A DNA stretch of 63,443 bases, the filler included, from Collodictyon triciliatum (Eukaryota): assembly GCA_043381765.1 (NCBI GenBank). It is 26 parts of 26 records of this genome, joined end to end, with 100 filler letters (N's around TTAATTAATTAA, not from the genome) between each part and the next. Parts side by side here need not be neighbours in the genome. Positions count along the whole stretch, not along the records: positions 1 to 2,349 come from JBHJMP010009048.1; positions 2,450 to 4,798 come from JBHJMP010009049.1; positions 4,899 to 7,245 come from JBHJMP010009050.1; positions 7,346 to 9,693 come from JBHJMP010009051.1; positions 9,794 to 12,140 come from JBHJMP010009052.1; 21 more parts are not named here. The stretch is one strand, 5' to 3'. How positions within the stretch are numbered: the stretch's first letter is position 1; each line of letters starts with the position of its first letter. The notes beneath the pieces are model-generated. The model worked only from the letters and a program-made list of their open reading frames with translations, searched no databases and had not been told where the DNA came from. Shown one piece after another: positions 1 to 12,240 of this stretch. A program made the position numbers and the translations under genes.

Positions 1-2082
1 TCGAAAGGGAAAAAGAGGCTCTGATGAAAGCAGCCGGTAGACCATCGGGGTGGAAACGCACCCAAAAAGAAAAACTGGCGAGCTTGGAGGATAAACTTGA
101 CGAGCAGCTAACATCAGATATCCACAAATACCGCGAAAAATGGGAATCGAGATACTTGCGAGACTTTAAGCAGATGGAGAAATGGTTCTTTGGACTAGGA
201 AAGGGAAAAGAAAAGACCTTGTATCCGTCCTGCACCAGCTGAGGACATGCATCATTTATTACCTCGCAACAACGAAAAGAATACCCACGTCTTCTTCTCA
301 AAGATGCGGTCAAGACGAGACTATGATGTTTCTAATCTCGAGCTTATTACCACAAACTGCTCCAATGCTTCACCCTCGCAAGCAGCCAGCATGATAGCAT
401 CAATAGATGCAGGCGAATTGTGGGAAGCTGTCAAGTCGCTACACAACGGAAAGGCACCAGGTTCAGACAGGTTGCCCAACGGAATATACTCTGCTTTCTT
501 TAATGAGGTCAAGGCATCCTTGATGACTTTTCTGAATGGAATCATGTCTGGTGGCGACCTACCGCAAGGATTTACAGAGGCCACGGCGCGGCTGATACCA
601 AAGAAAGGAAACTCGAGCAATCTTGCAGACTGGCGACCAATTTCGCTGCTGAATAGACTACAAGATATTTACGACGCTACTCAGAAATCGCATATCACCC
701 ATCACTGACAAACTCATATCCAAAGAGCAGATTGGTTTCATGAACGGAAGGAACATCGACACAAACATCTGGGTTGTCAACAAAGAGTACATGGAATATC
801 AAGTAAGCGGGACACCCTGCGCTATGATTTTCTACGACCTCGAGAAAGCATATGACTATGTGAACCACGAAGCACTGGAAATCATCCTACACAAAAGAGG
901 CTTCTGTACCGGATTCACCAGTCTTATCAAAAAACTGCACGACAATGCAACAGAAGGGTACTCACGGCACACGGACCTACCGATGCAATCCAAAGACAGA
1001 GCGGGGTGTATCAAGGCTGCCCACTTGCACCACTGCTCTTCAACTTTGTCACTGACTGCCTTGCAAACCACCTTCGAAACGAAAACAAGGTGTGCAACCA
1101 ACTGCTACTTCAATATGTAGACGACACAGCATTCATCTTGCGGTCTCCCGAAGGCGCCACACTCGCCAACAAATGCATGCAAGAACACACACGAGCTGTC
1201 GGCGGGAAAATCAACTACGACAAGACAGATGGAATTCTTTTTGGGCTTCAGGATGGACTTATGTTTCCAGGAACATTGTGTGGAAGTCACCGTCACATCC
1301 ACTCAAGCATCTTGGCATCATCTTCGGTCCACAATCGGATAACAAATGGACAAGCCTGGTTGAGGACATCAAGTCGAAAATATCAATGTGGAGCAACTTT
1401 CATCTCTCGGACGTGGGAAAAGTAAGATTGTGGAACCAAGTGATGCTGTCGACCCTTATCTACAATATGAAAGGTACTTTGCTGAATATCAAGAGGCTGA
1501 AAGAGCTGGAAGACATCTGCCGCAACTTCATCACGAGGAAGAGTCTAAAATAAAAAATCTGGAAGCAAGCCCGCATATCTCAACTACTCCCGAAACACCG
1601 CGCCCTACTGCTCAATATCTCCAACAGAGAGCTGTGGATAGGTGCATGTGTAGTCCATGCAGCAACGACCTCTCCAGAATGCACCATGTGCCATAGTGGA
1701 GACGACTCTATCGAACACACATTTGCGAAGTGCTCTCTTGCTCAAAAAGTGACAGAGTCTACCCACAAGATGCTCTCTGGGCTTGATTATGCTCCCAACC
1801 GACTCAGCGCATCCGACATCCTATTTGGCGCACAATAATAAATGACCCACGACTCTAGAATACTCTGGACAGTCACAAGGGGACATATGCTGTGGTCCTT
1901 ATGGAGTGTGCGTGCATTTTCTCGCTCCAATGATTCATCCGAACGAGAAATCAATGTATCCAGGCTTGAAAGCCTCGTGCAACACAGCTTCCTGAACAGC
2001 CTGCTGAAACACGCCCGCGTTTCTTCGCTACTCCGACCACAAGCGAATGCTTGTTGCAATTTCAAAAGGAAAAAAAAAAGAA
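1..2082 (+). mobile_element. L1/Tx1-clade non-LTR retrotransposon, 3' part of ORF2 (reverse transcriptase plus C-terminal Cys/His knuckle), frameshifted
   Basis: Motifs KAPGSDRLP, LIPKKG..WRPISLLN, DLEKAYD, QGCPLAPLLF, QYVDD, KHLGI and CTMC..SIEHTFAKC are spread over several frames; A-rich tail at about 2063-2082. Confidence 0.92.
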
Positions 2083-2349
2083 AGTTGGATAATGATTGGG
2101 TATTTTAAAAGTGGAAAAACGCTGTTTTATTTCATGTTGTTTATTATTTTCCCTGCGGATGTATTAATATGCACTTGAAGCAAAGAGGCAGTAATGAAAA
2201 GATATCAAAAATGCGAAGAGAATGAGTGCTCCGTATGCACCAATCAAAATAAAAATATTCATACAGTATGTCTGTTCCTCTTGTGGGTAATTGTCACATG
2301 GTGCAGAAAAGAGGCTACATTTGCATAATAACTCATCCCATATCTTGAT

Positions 2350-2449
2350 NNNNNNNNNNNNNNNNNNNNNNNNNNNNNNNNNNNNNNNNNNNNTTAATTA
2401 ATTAANNNNNNNNNNNNNNNNNNNNNNNNNNNNNNNNNNNNNNNNNNNN
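2350..2449. other. Artificial contig-joining spacer N44-TTAATTAATTAA-N44 (first of 25)
   Basis: Identical 100-nt spacers with stops in all six frames also start at 4799, 7246, 9694, 12141, 14588, 17034, 19480, 21925, 24370, 26815, 29259, 31702, 34145, 36587, 39029, 41471, 43912, 46353, 48795, 51234, 53701, 56137, 58573 and 61009. Confidence 0.99.
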
Positions 2450-2546
2450 TGTTTGTTTGTTTGTTTGTTTGTTTGTTTGTTTGTTTGTTTGTTTGTTTGT
2501 TTGTTTGTTTGTTTGTTTGTTTGTTTGTTTGTTTGTTTGTTTGTTT
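2450..2546. repeat. (GTTT)n microsatellite
   Basis: Direct reading. The same unit occurs as (AAAC)n at 7346-7443, 8797-8890 and 24470-24564. Confidence 0.98.
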
Positions 2547-2668
2547 GGAAAGCTATGAGGTACAATCTAAAGTGGATGAATCATAAAAATAAAGGCGATT
2601 TTTATGCCATGGGTCGATCATAATGGATGTTGATATATAACTATAAAAATGACCGATTTGTTAAACAG

Positions 2669-4584
2669 GAGGTGGACTGAAGATGTCAAAACTGGTTGAA
2701 ACAGTGATAACCCCTCGCACTGTTGCGAGCACAGTTGTACTAATCGCAGTTGATCTTTCAAAGGTATTATAAATGTTTATTTCATTATTTACTTTGATTT
2801 ACAATATAATGGAATATACCATTCAACCGAGCCTTTTTTTTTTAATTCACCTGTGCCATGATTTAAGTACTCATATTCTTTCCCCAATTTTTTTTTTAAA
2901 AAAGCCTGCAGCCGCGTTCGATACAGTTTCATCATGGATTGAGATAATTCGTGCAAGAGTAGCCGGATGCATGAAAGAATTAGAAGCAGCAGGGTCACCA
3001 ATACCAAAGATGATTAGAGAGCGAGCCAAGGAAATCCCGGGTCCAATATATGAGGAACGAATCCCAATGGCCATTATATGTACCAAATATGACATGCTAG
3101 TGGAGGAAAAATTGTAAGGAATATATACATGCTGAGTAAGAAAATTAGAATGACAAAGTGTGAAAGACCGGGGGCACATGTTTATGTAAAATGTGATTAA
3201 TACTAGGGAGAAGAAGAGGCTATTGTCTCGTGCACTTCGTTTTTTATCTTTCTTTCATGGATGCTCATTGCAATATACCACAATCAAAGATGAACTACTC
3301 GTTTCACAGGTATTTTTCGCACATTTCTTTCAATACATTACAACTTATTATACATATCCTTCCATATTTCATTCCCTACGCAAAATTATTACAGCTACAT
3401 ACTTCGAGGTTAATCGATGTGGTCTGTAGTTTTCTTCAATTATGAATCAATATTCATTCGCATTTCCTTCAAAAATGGTCTACCAAGATGACCCTAGCAA
3501 GCCTATTTGTGTCCCAGCAGGTCTGTAAAACAACTGAACCACCTTTACATTGCCCACGACCATAATTTTATACAGAAGGGGTTTGAATAATCATAATCAC
3601 TTTGTGTTTGTGATGGAAAGTAAACAGCGTACGACTACATTAGGCAGTGATAGTGCCGAGCGGATTGGATTGCCAGAAGCCGAGTCGCGCTCTTCATACC
3701 AAAGTCCTGTGGATGTATGGAAATCTGGGTTCAAAGCACAATTCCCACCAAGTAAGATGTTTTGGAGTATCCCACTGTGGCATGTATCGACAGGATTAAT
3801 AAACTTGTCGTATATGTCAAATTTCCAGGATTACATTCCATATATATATATATATATATGAAAGGAAAGAAAAAAGAACAACAAATAGTTGTATTGTTTC
3901 TTTCAGTTCGGTAGTGTGTTTCTGTATTTTTCTTCAAGTTGTTTGTAACACACCATATCCCCTAGAGCCAAAAGGAAAGTCTAAAGAAGAGGACGATGAA
4001 AACATAGATTTTGACGAACAAGGGATGGGTGATGGAGATGGTAATTTTTTTTTGTACAAATGTGATGTATTCTATTATGAACAAAAGAACATATTCGCGA
4101 TGATAATGTTTGTGATGAATAAAAGTTACATATACATATATTACTTTTTTCAATTATATTTCCTGCGAGTACAATTTGTGAAAGCATTATCCTATTTCCT
4201 TCTCTTAATGAACTGTGCAGTGGATGTTGTCACTGCAAACATAAGCAAGTACCCCGAGCCTGTAGTAGATGCCATGCGAAAGCAAAAAGAGTAACCTCCT
4301 TTCTTATCCAAAGCAACCTTCTAACCTACTTTGCCAGGATGGGTCATATGTATCGACTCATACAAGATGATATCCCCTTTCTCCGCACATGCTCAATGTT
4401 TTCGACACTCATATGAGTAATCAAAATACGAATGCTTTGAACTGATAATTAACGAGACATCGTGACTTTTGTTAGTGAGGAGTTGGAGCGATACAGAGCA
4501 GCTGCCGAGCGCCGCGCCAAGGAGGCTGAAATGCAGAGCGACCTTGTCTGGACGAGTGGAAAGACAACCACTGTAAAGAAGTGA
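2669..4584 (+). CDS. DYNC2LI1: Cytoplasmic dynein-2 light intermediate chain, multi-exon, 5'-partial
   Basis: Spliced exons read GGLKMSKLVETVI..VLIAVDLSK / PMAIICTKYD / EKKRLLSRALRFLSFFHGCSLQY / DPSKPICVPAG SDSAERIG / KYPEPVVDAMRKQK / EELERYRAAAERR..TVKK*; TGA at 4582-4584; GT-AG introns. Confidence 0.85.
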
Positions 4585-4699
4585 ACATCGCCTCCTTTTA
4601 GCTACCCATAAAATTCAGATTACAGAGTTCGAAACTTAGAATCCTTTTGATGCAAAGGAGGAATTTTGAATGGATGATTTTATGATGCATCAAAGTAAC

Positions 4700-4798
4700 A
4701 AAATGACAAAATGACAAAATGACAAAATGACAAAATGACAAAATGACAAAATGACAAAATGACAAAATGACAAAATGACAAAATGACAAAATGACAAA
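4700..4798. repeat. (AAAATGAC)n octamer tandem repeat
   Basis: Direct reading. Confidence 0.97.
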
Positions 4799-5211
4799 NN
4801 NNNNNNNNNNNNNNNNNNNNNNNNNNNNNNNNNNNNNNNNNNTTAATTAATTAANNNNNNNNNNNNNNNNNNNNNNNNNNNNNNNNNNNNNNNNNNNNCC
4901 TTTTCTTTTTCTTTTTCCTTTTCTCTTTCTTTTTCCTTTTCTCTTTCTTTTTCCTTTTCTCTTTCTTTTTCCTTTTCTCTTTCTTTTTCCTTTTCTCTTT
5001 CTCTTTCCTTTTCTCTTTCTTTTCTCTTTCTTTTTCTCTTTCTTTTTCTTTTCCTTTATTCATTATTTATGATTCATGATATGTTTTGCAATTTCCTACT
5101 GTATATCTTTTCATCGTTACTGCTATTATTTATTCAGCTTGTGGATAGTTTCCTTTTAAAAAATGACTTATCTTGGATATTATTATATTTACTCTTGTAT
5201 TTTCATCTTAG

Positions 5212-7123
5212 TTGGAGTTCCGCACCATTCCACTTGTGCACGACATCAAAGAGATTGGCTCCTTGGCTTTTGGTGGTGTGGAAGTCGATAACAAAGACAA
5301 GATATTCGTATCTAATGGAGCAACCGTTCGAGGAATAACCAAAAAAGTATCGTGAAAGCCATATTTCCCCCCAAATGTTTCAGTAGCTATGGAACATATA
5401 TACCTTTTCGCTTGTTATTGGTGTGGATTTTCTCATAGTCCATGGTTTTTTCTTTTCATTTTATGGATATATCGTGCTGTAGTACTGAGCAAGCCCATTC
5501 CTTATGTTAATTTTTCGGAGTCAATTTAAAGAAACCCACTTTGTTTCTTTTCTTTTTATACTTGAAGATGGCTCTAGCATCACAATAACAAGAATCAGAT
5601 AAAAGGATTTATCGTAATCATCACCACTTGCATGCATCCAGGGAAAGGACTTTTTCCGATTTGACACTACGCTCAGTGAGAGAATCAACAATATGTTTAT
5701 CGAGGGAGCTACAATATGGTCCACTGGCGAGTTCATATACAGCCAGTTTGTGGACTGCAAGGAAGGGGACTTTCTTATATGCCCAGGTTTATACTTTAAC
5801 CCCTGCTTACAAGTAGCCACGTAGTTGATTCCTATTAAATGATACCTTTTCTCTGTATTGGATTCAAATCCTATTAAATGAGACTTGATTGAATCCGACT
5901 CTATTACTATAGCATCACGGCATGTTTGAAACGATTTATCCTGGCCAAATTAATTTCTCTCTTTGATGATATATCTCTATTAGATAAGATCAATCACTTT
6001 GTTTGTGATAGAGTCTACGCCACAAATGCGTATAATGTTATCAGTGCAACCCAGGACAAAAATATTCGCGTCTTGCAAGTACTGAAAAATTTCGTATGTG
6101 TGTTATTCCAATATTTAGAGGGTATACTTATACTACTAAAATAATTAAAAAGGCATCTGATATCCTGTATGAAGTTCCTGTTCAAGCTCCAGCAACCGTC
6201 GTTGATATATATGGTGCTCCTAAGAAAAAGGAGGGGAATGAGAGGTTGAAATATGTACATATTATGAGAGAAGAAGCTAAGACAAAAACCTTGCCTCATA
6301 CATAATGGCTTACAAAAAGTTACACCATTATTCTTTGCGTTTATCCTGTCCGGTATCGATGATTTTCCTTTGCATGGGTTGGATTTTTTTTTCTCCAGGG
6401 AATATGCATACGGAACAAATAACGGAATAGTCGGTTCTTGCTACCTTGCAAAACGAACTGGAAGACTCGCTTGGGCTGTAATCTTGCATTTTTTCTGCTT
6501 TCATACTACTTTACTTGCAAATATATATGCATAGTTGGAAATGCTGATGCAATTCAATTTATACACTGGTACATAGATTCCGAACGAGAAAAAACTGGGG
6601 GGTATCTCCTGTATGTATAGTTATGACTTTGTTCACAATGGAAACAAGCAAATATTTATCGGTCGAGACGATGGGTATCCAAATAATCATTTTTTCCCCT
6701 TTATTCGATTCAAAGTGCAGCGAGGTTATGTCATACAAAGGGCATCCAAATAATCAGAAATTAGCAGAATAATAAATCCACTATTCTCAATTTTCTTTGT
6801 TTATTTCACATTTTTGATTGTCTGTCGATGTTTAGAAACATCGAAGCGTATAATATCGACGCAGGAGAAATAAGTCAGATATACTCCACCAATATCAACG
6901 AATCAATTACTTCTTTGGAAGTCGGCCATATCAATGGGTGCCGATTTTTTTAAATCTTGTTCTTGATCTTCACATTTACCGAACAATATGATAGGTCTCT
7001 TCTATAATTTTAGCTCATCAATTTTTTTATCTATTCGATGAAAATATCAGGAGCACCGAAGAGGTTATTGTTTCCTCTTACTCTGGAAAAATCATGACCT
7101 ACACTACTGCGGCCGTTCCTAAG
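5212..7123 (+). CDS. BBS7: BBSome subunit BBS7, internal multi-exon fragment
   Basis: Exons read DKIFVSNGATVRGITKK / GKDFFRFDTTLSERINNMFIEG..FVDCKE..CP / DKINHFVC..QDKNIRVLQ / SDILYEVPV / EEVIVSSYSGKI, matching the remembered BBS7 beta-propeller region. Confidence 0.85.
6690..6743 (-). mobile_element. 5'-truncated LINE 3' end (family A) in a BBS7 intron
   Basis: Minus strand ends ..CTTTGAATCGAATAAAGGGG-polyA; perfect 13-bp TSD ATCCAAATAATCA at 6677-6689 and 6744-6756. Confidence 0.9.
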
Positions 7124-9793
7124 GTATTTATCCGTTTTATTGCTTTAATTTTATTCGGAACAACGTGCATAATAGCCAGAGCTTGAAATTTGCACTCAAA
7201 GTACTGATCGCATTTTCATATCCATATCCATATCCATATCCATATNNNNNNNNNNNNNNNNNNNNNNNNNNNNNNNNNNNNNNNNNNNNTTAATTAATTA
7301 ANNNNNNNNNNNNNNNNNNNNNNNNNNNNNNNNNNNNNNNNNNNNAACAAACAAACAAACAAACAAACAAACAAACAAACAAACAAACAAACAAACAAAC
7401 AAACAAACAAACAAACAAACAAACAAACAAACAAACAAACAAAACTTCAATGATGATTGTATATTCTTTGAAATATGATGAATTATTGCAGCTCCTTGAC
7501 AATGTGTAAATGATAAGAGACATGGCCAGAAAAAACAAAACAAACAAAACAAACAAAACAAACAAAACAAAACAAAACAAAAGCGGAGGAAACTTTACAT
7601 ACTTGAGTGTTTTCGAAAGGAGCGTCTGGATTTGACCGATCAATCGTTCACTCTGGAGTTCAGACGACTTCTGTGGCTCTCTCTTCATTTTTTTTTTAAC
7701 TCGTGGCCTACAGAAGGAAAGAACATGAATGATGTGATCTTAGTTTTGACGCTTGTACTATCATACAACTTTGAGTAGCCTGGTATATGCGAGAGTCTGG
7801 CAAGTAACTTCTTTTTTATATATACTTTTTTTTTTTTTTTTACTTAGCCTTCGACGGCCTTCCTGCGCGCGATATACACTTCCAAGAGAATTGCCATAGT
7901 ATTTCCAGCACTGGCTTTTGGGTTCTGGGAAATAATGAATGTTGTGCAAAAATCTGAAACATGATATACACACCTTCTCAAATGCAACCATAATAACAAA
8001 TATGGAAAAAAAGCGTGTCAACATTAAGTACAATCCGTTTTTATATTTGTTTTTTTACATGTATTACCAACAGAACGGCCTCATGAAAACTCCGCGTGGA
8101 TGTCTTTGGTGAGGTGTGATATTGCTGTTCTATGTATATGAATTGATGGCTATGATGCAGGCAATGTAAATAACTATAGTTCGACACTCAACCATTCTTC
8201 TGCTTGCATTTTTCATTTCTTTTTTTAGAGAAAAAAACTTGGTGGGCTATCTTGGACAACATCACTAGTAGATACTCTCACAAGTAAAGTAAACATGAGT
8301 CTCCTGTAGTGCATCAGCAGCCATCGTCTTCTCGTTGAGGGATGTTCATTTGTTTTGTGCACTACACGTAGCATTCGTGCCCAAACAACACCTATATCTT
8401 CCTAGGTCTGGTTTCATTTTTATTCTTTTCGTGGATGACATAGTATCGATAATCAGACGTTAAGACGTAAAAGAAGAAAAGAAGGGAAAACTAGAACAGG
8501 AAAAAAATCAAGAGCAAGAAATGAAGGGGACAACTTGCGTGTTTTTTCAGAACATCTACCTTGCCGAAAATGCTTAAGATTGGATTATCTGAATTTTAAG
8601 TTGGGGGAATATTTCCTTTCCTCTTTTTCTCTCTTTTATTTTTATTTTTTTTACTTGCCTTTTTTCGAGCATACTTGACTTTGGCTATCATGAATAGCCA
8701 AATTTCATTTCATAAAATATTAATAGAATCAGTGATACATTTATCTGAAAATTATGAATTTTTTTCGTCAACATTTATCTCACGCGCCGAGGAGAAAACA
8801 AACAAACAAACAAACAAACAAACAAACAAACAAACAAACAAACAAACAAACAAACAAACAAACAAACAAACAAACAAACAAACAAACAAACACAAGGAAT
8901 ATTCACTTAGATAATATGATACTTTTATTTACTAAACATAAAATAAAAGTATCATACAATCTTTGAACTGCGCCGACTATGAAATTTCATTTTTTACAAA
9001 ATTTGTCACGTCTGATAGCCTTATTTTAATACCAGAATAAAAAAAGTTTTTGATTACCGAGAAAAAAAAAACATATTATTAAGGAAGTAAAGAGAATAAA
9101 ATTAAGTTGCAATTGATTCCCATCTTATTCACTGCATATGCCCGAACTTCAAGGCACAGCTTTGTGAGAGCAGAATCCCATCACCCCCGCCAAATACGCC
9201 CGAGACGCTACTAGCGCGGTGGAAGATTCTGTATGCAAACTGTGAAATGTGCGAGTCCACCCAACTACATGCTGTTACAGGCCAACTTTGCTGGGATAGA
9301 GCAAAAGGCTTCTGTATCATCAAGTCGAGAGAAGGAAACAGTTCTTTCATCCTGCAACAAGTCGCTTTCCAAAAGGATGGAAGCTTCACACCGCCGAAAA
9401 ATGCAACGATATTTCACTCCTCGAATGCAACCCCAACCACAGCCGTCCTGAACAACAAAGGTGAATGGCGCTCACGTCATCCCATCTCATACGGAGCGCC
9501 GTCGCCATTTTTCTTTCGCCTGAAAAACCAAAGGCGGTCCATTACACCTGATTCTCCGCAATTCTCGATGGCCATGGCGTATTCCAAGCTGTTTCGATAT
9601 AAAATCATCAGTCTGAATCCCTACAAACCGGAGAAGATGAGTCGATGTGCCGAAACCATAGGCATTATAGACCCGCCGATAGTCAAAAGCTGGNNNNNNN
9701 NNNNNNNNNNNNNNNNNNNNNNNNNNNNNNNNNNNNNTTAATTAATTAANNNNNNNNNNNNNNNNNNNNNNNNNNNNNNNNNNNNNNNNNNNN

Positions 9794-9903
9794 TGGAGAG
9801 GATTTCCCTGGCTGACTTGCAGGAGGTCGACGACTTGGACGAGACAGACCGAGGCGCTGGCGGCTTCGGCTCCACTGGAGTGTCCTCTGCAAAGAGCTCC
9901 TAG
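9794..9903 (+). CDS. DUT: dUTPase, C-terminal end
   Basis: ERISLADLQEVDDLDETDRGAGGFGSTG..* contains dUTPase motif V (RGxGGFGSTG); TAG at 9901-9903. Confidence 0.92.
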
Positions 9904-10328
9904 CCCCCTCAGTATGTCTCTATCGAAGATTGGAGCAACTTGCTGCAGTTCAACTGGGTGTCTCATTTCATTCGAGATGGTGTCGCCTTCATGTGCTTGA
10001 TTACACTGTTTCTAAGGCTTCCGCTCTCTCTCTTTCGAAGCCCTATTTTCCCTTCTATTTACACGCGCCACTGTATAAAGTGCTACTGAAACAGCGTCAT
10101 GTCTGTGCCTACATCTGTTAAAGAGACAAGGGGGTTTCGCGCATTAGCCCGAGGCTGAGACTATGGACGATGCTTTCTTCATTCCCTTACATGCCGAGCG
10201 ATTGGCGACATGAATATCTATATGAAGTGAGCTTCATGACCGCATCACCCTTCCACAAATTGTAGCTCTGGTCTTCAATTGATTTTTCTTCAAACTTTAT
10301 TCTCCTTGTCATTTCGTCCTTTATTTTA

Positions 10329-12140
10329 TCATTCGCTACGCTTGTTTTTTCTCCGCGGATGGTTCTGCCACGGACAGTTTTTCCTTAGCTTTGTTGATTT
10401 GTTCGAGCATTTGAGACGCATCCAAGGCTGCCTGAAACTATGTAAGAACCAACGCATTAGCGCACTATTCAGCCCTAAGAGTTTCGGCTTGTAGGAATGA
10501 GAGACAAAAAGAATCAGATTGTTAAAAGTAATTGTGAGGCAGCACGTCTAGTCACATCATAAGTCAAGCACAGAAGTTGGTCGAATTGTGCTTGTAACAT
10601 TAAAATATAAAATATAACTAATAAGAAAAGAAAAAGAAAAAACAGGCGATATTGCGTCATTTGGGCTGCTGGAAACCATACACGGATGGCAAAGGCGGTC
10701 ACGCCCTCTTTGGCGTTAGAGACAGTGTCGGTCAGTGTGATTCGGATGCATTTTGTATTGTCTTGATTTTAACGAATGGTTACTAGTTGATTTAGCAGTA
10801 CAAGATAACAAAGAGACACAAGTTGGATTACCATTCAAATAATATGGCACGTTCATTTTATGTGACTGAGCATGCACCAACCTTTGTCCAAAGCGCATAA
10901 TGTTTTGGATACAACGACAGAATTCAGTATCAAGCGAAGTGTTCCCAGAGTTCTCATGACTTTTTTCAAAGAGGTTGAACCAGAATTTTACAAATAGATT
11001 TCATTCCATTAGAAAATAAACAGGATGAATGAGATGAAAATAATTCGGCTTTGGATGATAAGTGCTGGACTTGCCTAGTCGGTATGTTCCTTGCTTGTGC
11101 TTATACAGATGTATAATTCCTATCAGAGACATGCCAATTTTTATTAACATTTATACTTTCGAAGTAATGTATGCGCAATATGTCAATAAAGAGTAGCTAA
11201 CAACTCGAATCAGTGGAGGATGTCTGTGCATTCTTACCGACGCCTCTTTCAGACCATGAATTCTCATTTAGTGATAGTAGCTTGGCTTTGAACTTCGATA
11301 GCAGCAAACGAATGATTATTATTCACAACTTTTTTGGTAAAGCCCATGCACTTCAAGCATATAAGAATCGCAGGCAGCGAGGGATGCACTTACCTTACAC
11401 AATGACTCGTCATCCTCTTCCCCAGTCACAATAGGAACCTCTGGGAGGACTAATTAATAATTTTTTTTTTTTTAGTCTACCAAATCTCCTTCACGCATGC
11501 GCATAGTAATCATAAATGTTAACATGTAAAGAAAGAATATGCCCGGATATAGATACGCAAATGACAATAAGAATAAGGATAAGAAATATAAATAAAGGAG
11601 AGGAACATCGATATATCTTGACAAATCATACTAGGTTCATATTTTGTGGTTCCTGAATCCTATAAAAGAAGGAATACAAAAATGTGATACATTTTAAAAA
11701 GGCTTTTAAATTGTAACATGCATCTTTCGATAAAACAACCCAATGAACATGTTGGCATAGTTCAGTGCATTACCCCAACCTCATCATAGGCCCTATTTAG
11801 TGAGAAAAAAAAAGCTTCAGTATCCGTAAGAAAATAATACGATTGTTATTCATATTATGGGGGGTATACTATCGATATCAACATACCCACTAGCTTCAGC
11901 CTGAGAAATTAAAGAAAAATGGAGTACACCATGTTAGTGTGTTATAATAAATTAGATATGGACCAGTTTGTCCGTGCTATAGTAAACATGAAAACCCATA
12001 AATTATCGCTGTACAAAAAAAGAAAAAAAAAACAGAAAAGAAAAAAAAAACAGAAAAGAAAGTAAACGAAAATGAAAGGAATAAAATAAAAAAGGGCTTA
12101 AAACCTCATTTCCATTTGTATTATCATCTTCTTCAGCGTC
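10329..12140 (-). CDS. Ran-binding-domain protein (RanBP3/Nup50/Yrb2-like), 5'-partial, many small exons
   Basis: Spliced product ..LPEVPIVTGEEDDESLCK FKAKLLSLNENSWSERGVG IIHLYKHKQGTYRL VMRTLGTLRLILNS..KCIRITLTD..FAIR FQAALDASQM..RSE*. Confidence 0.85.
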
Positions 12141-12240
12141 NNNNNNNNNNNNNNNNNNNNNNNNNNNNNNNNNNNNNNNNNNNNTTAATTAATTAANNNN
12201 NNNNNNNNNNNNNNNNNNNNNNNNNNNNNNNNNNNNNNNN

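Noticed and set aside
2394-2405. TTAATTAATTAA palindrome recurring about every 2.44 kb, resembling a regular array or chromosome-breakage signal
   Set aside because: It is always centred in 44+44 Ns and has stops in all frames, so it is an assembly concatenation linker. The periodicity reflects size-sorted contigs.
4598-5063. Low-complexity ORFs (FCHFVILS, KEKRK, VCLF, poly-F/L/Y) here and at many contig ends
   Set aside because: They are translations of microsatellites, often running into Ns.
7603-7688. Minus-strand exon MKREPQ..LIGQIQTLLSKTLK resembling an ABCA transporter N-terminus
   Set aside because: Too short, with no downstream supporting exon on the contig.
9129-9693. GC-richer segment with overlapping ORFs on both strands
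   Set aside because: Possibly the 3' end of a minus-strand gene, but I could not fix the frame or recognise a family.
9901-9903. Alternative genetic code to explain the many short ORFs
   Set aside because: TAG (dUTPase), TAA (NAP1) and TGA (DYNC2LI1, RanBD) all end conserved proteins; introns and decay explain the fragmentation.
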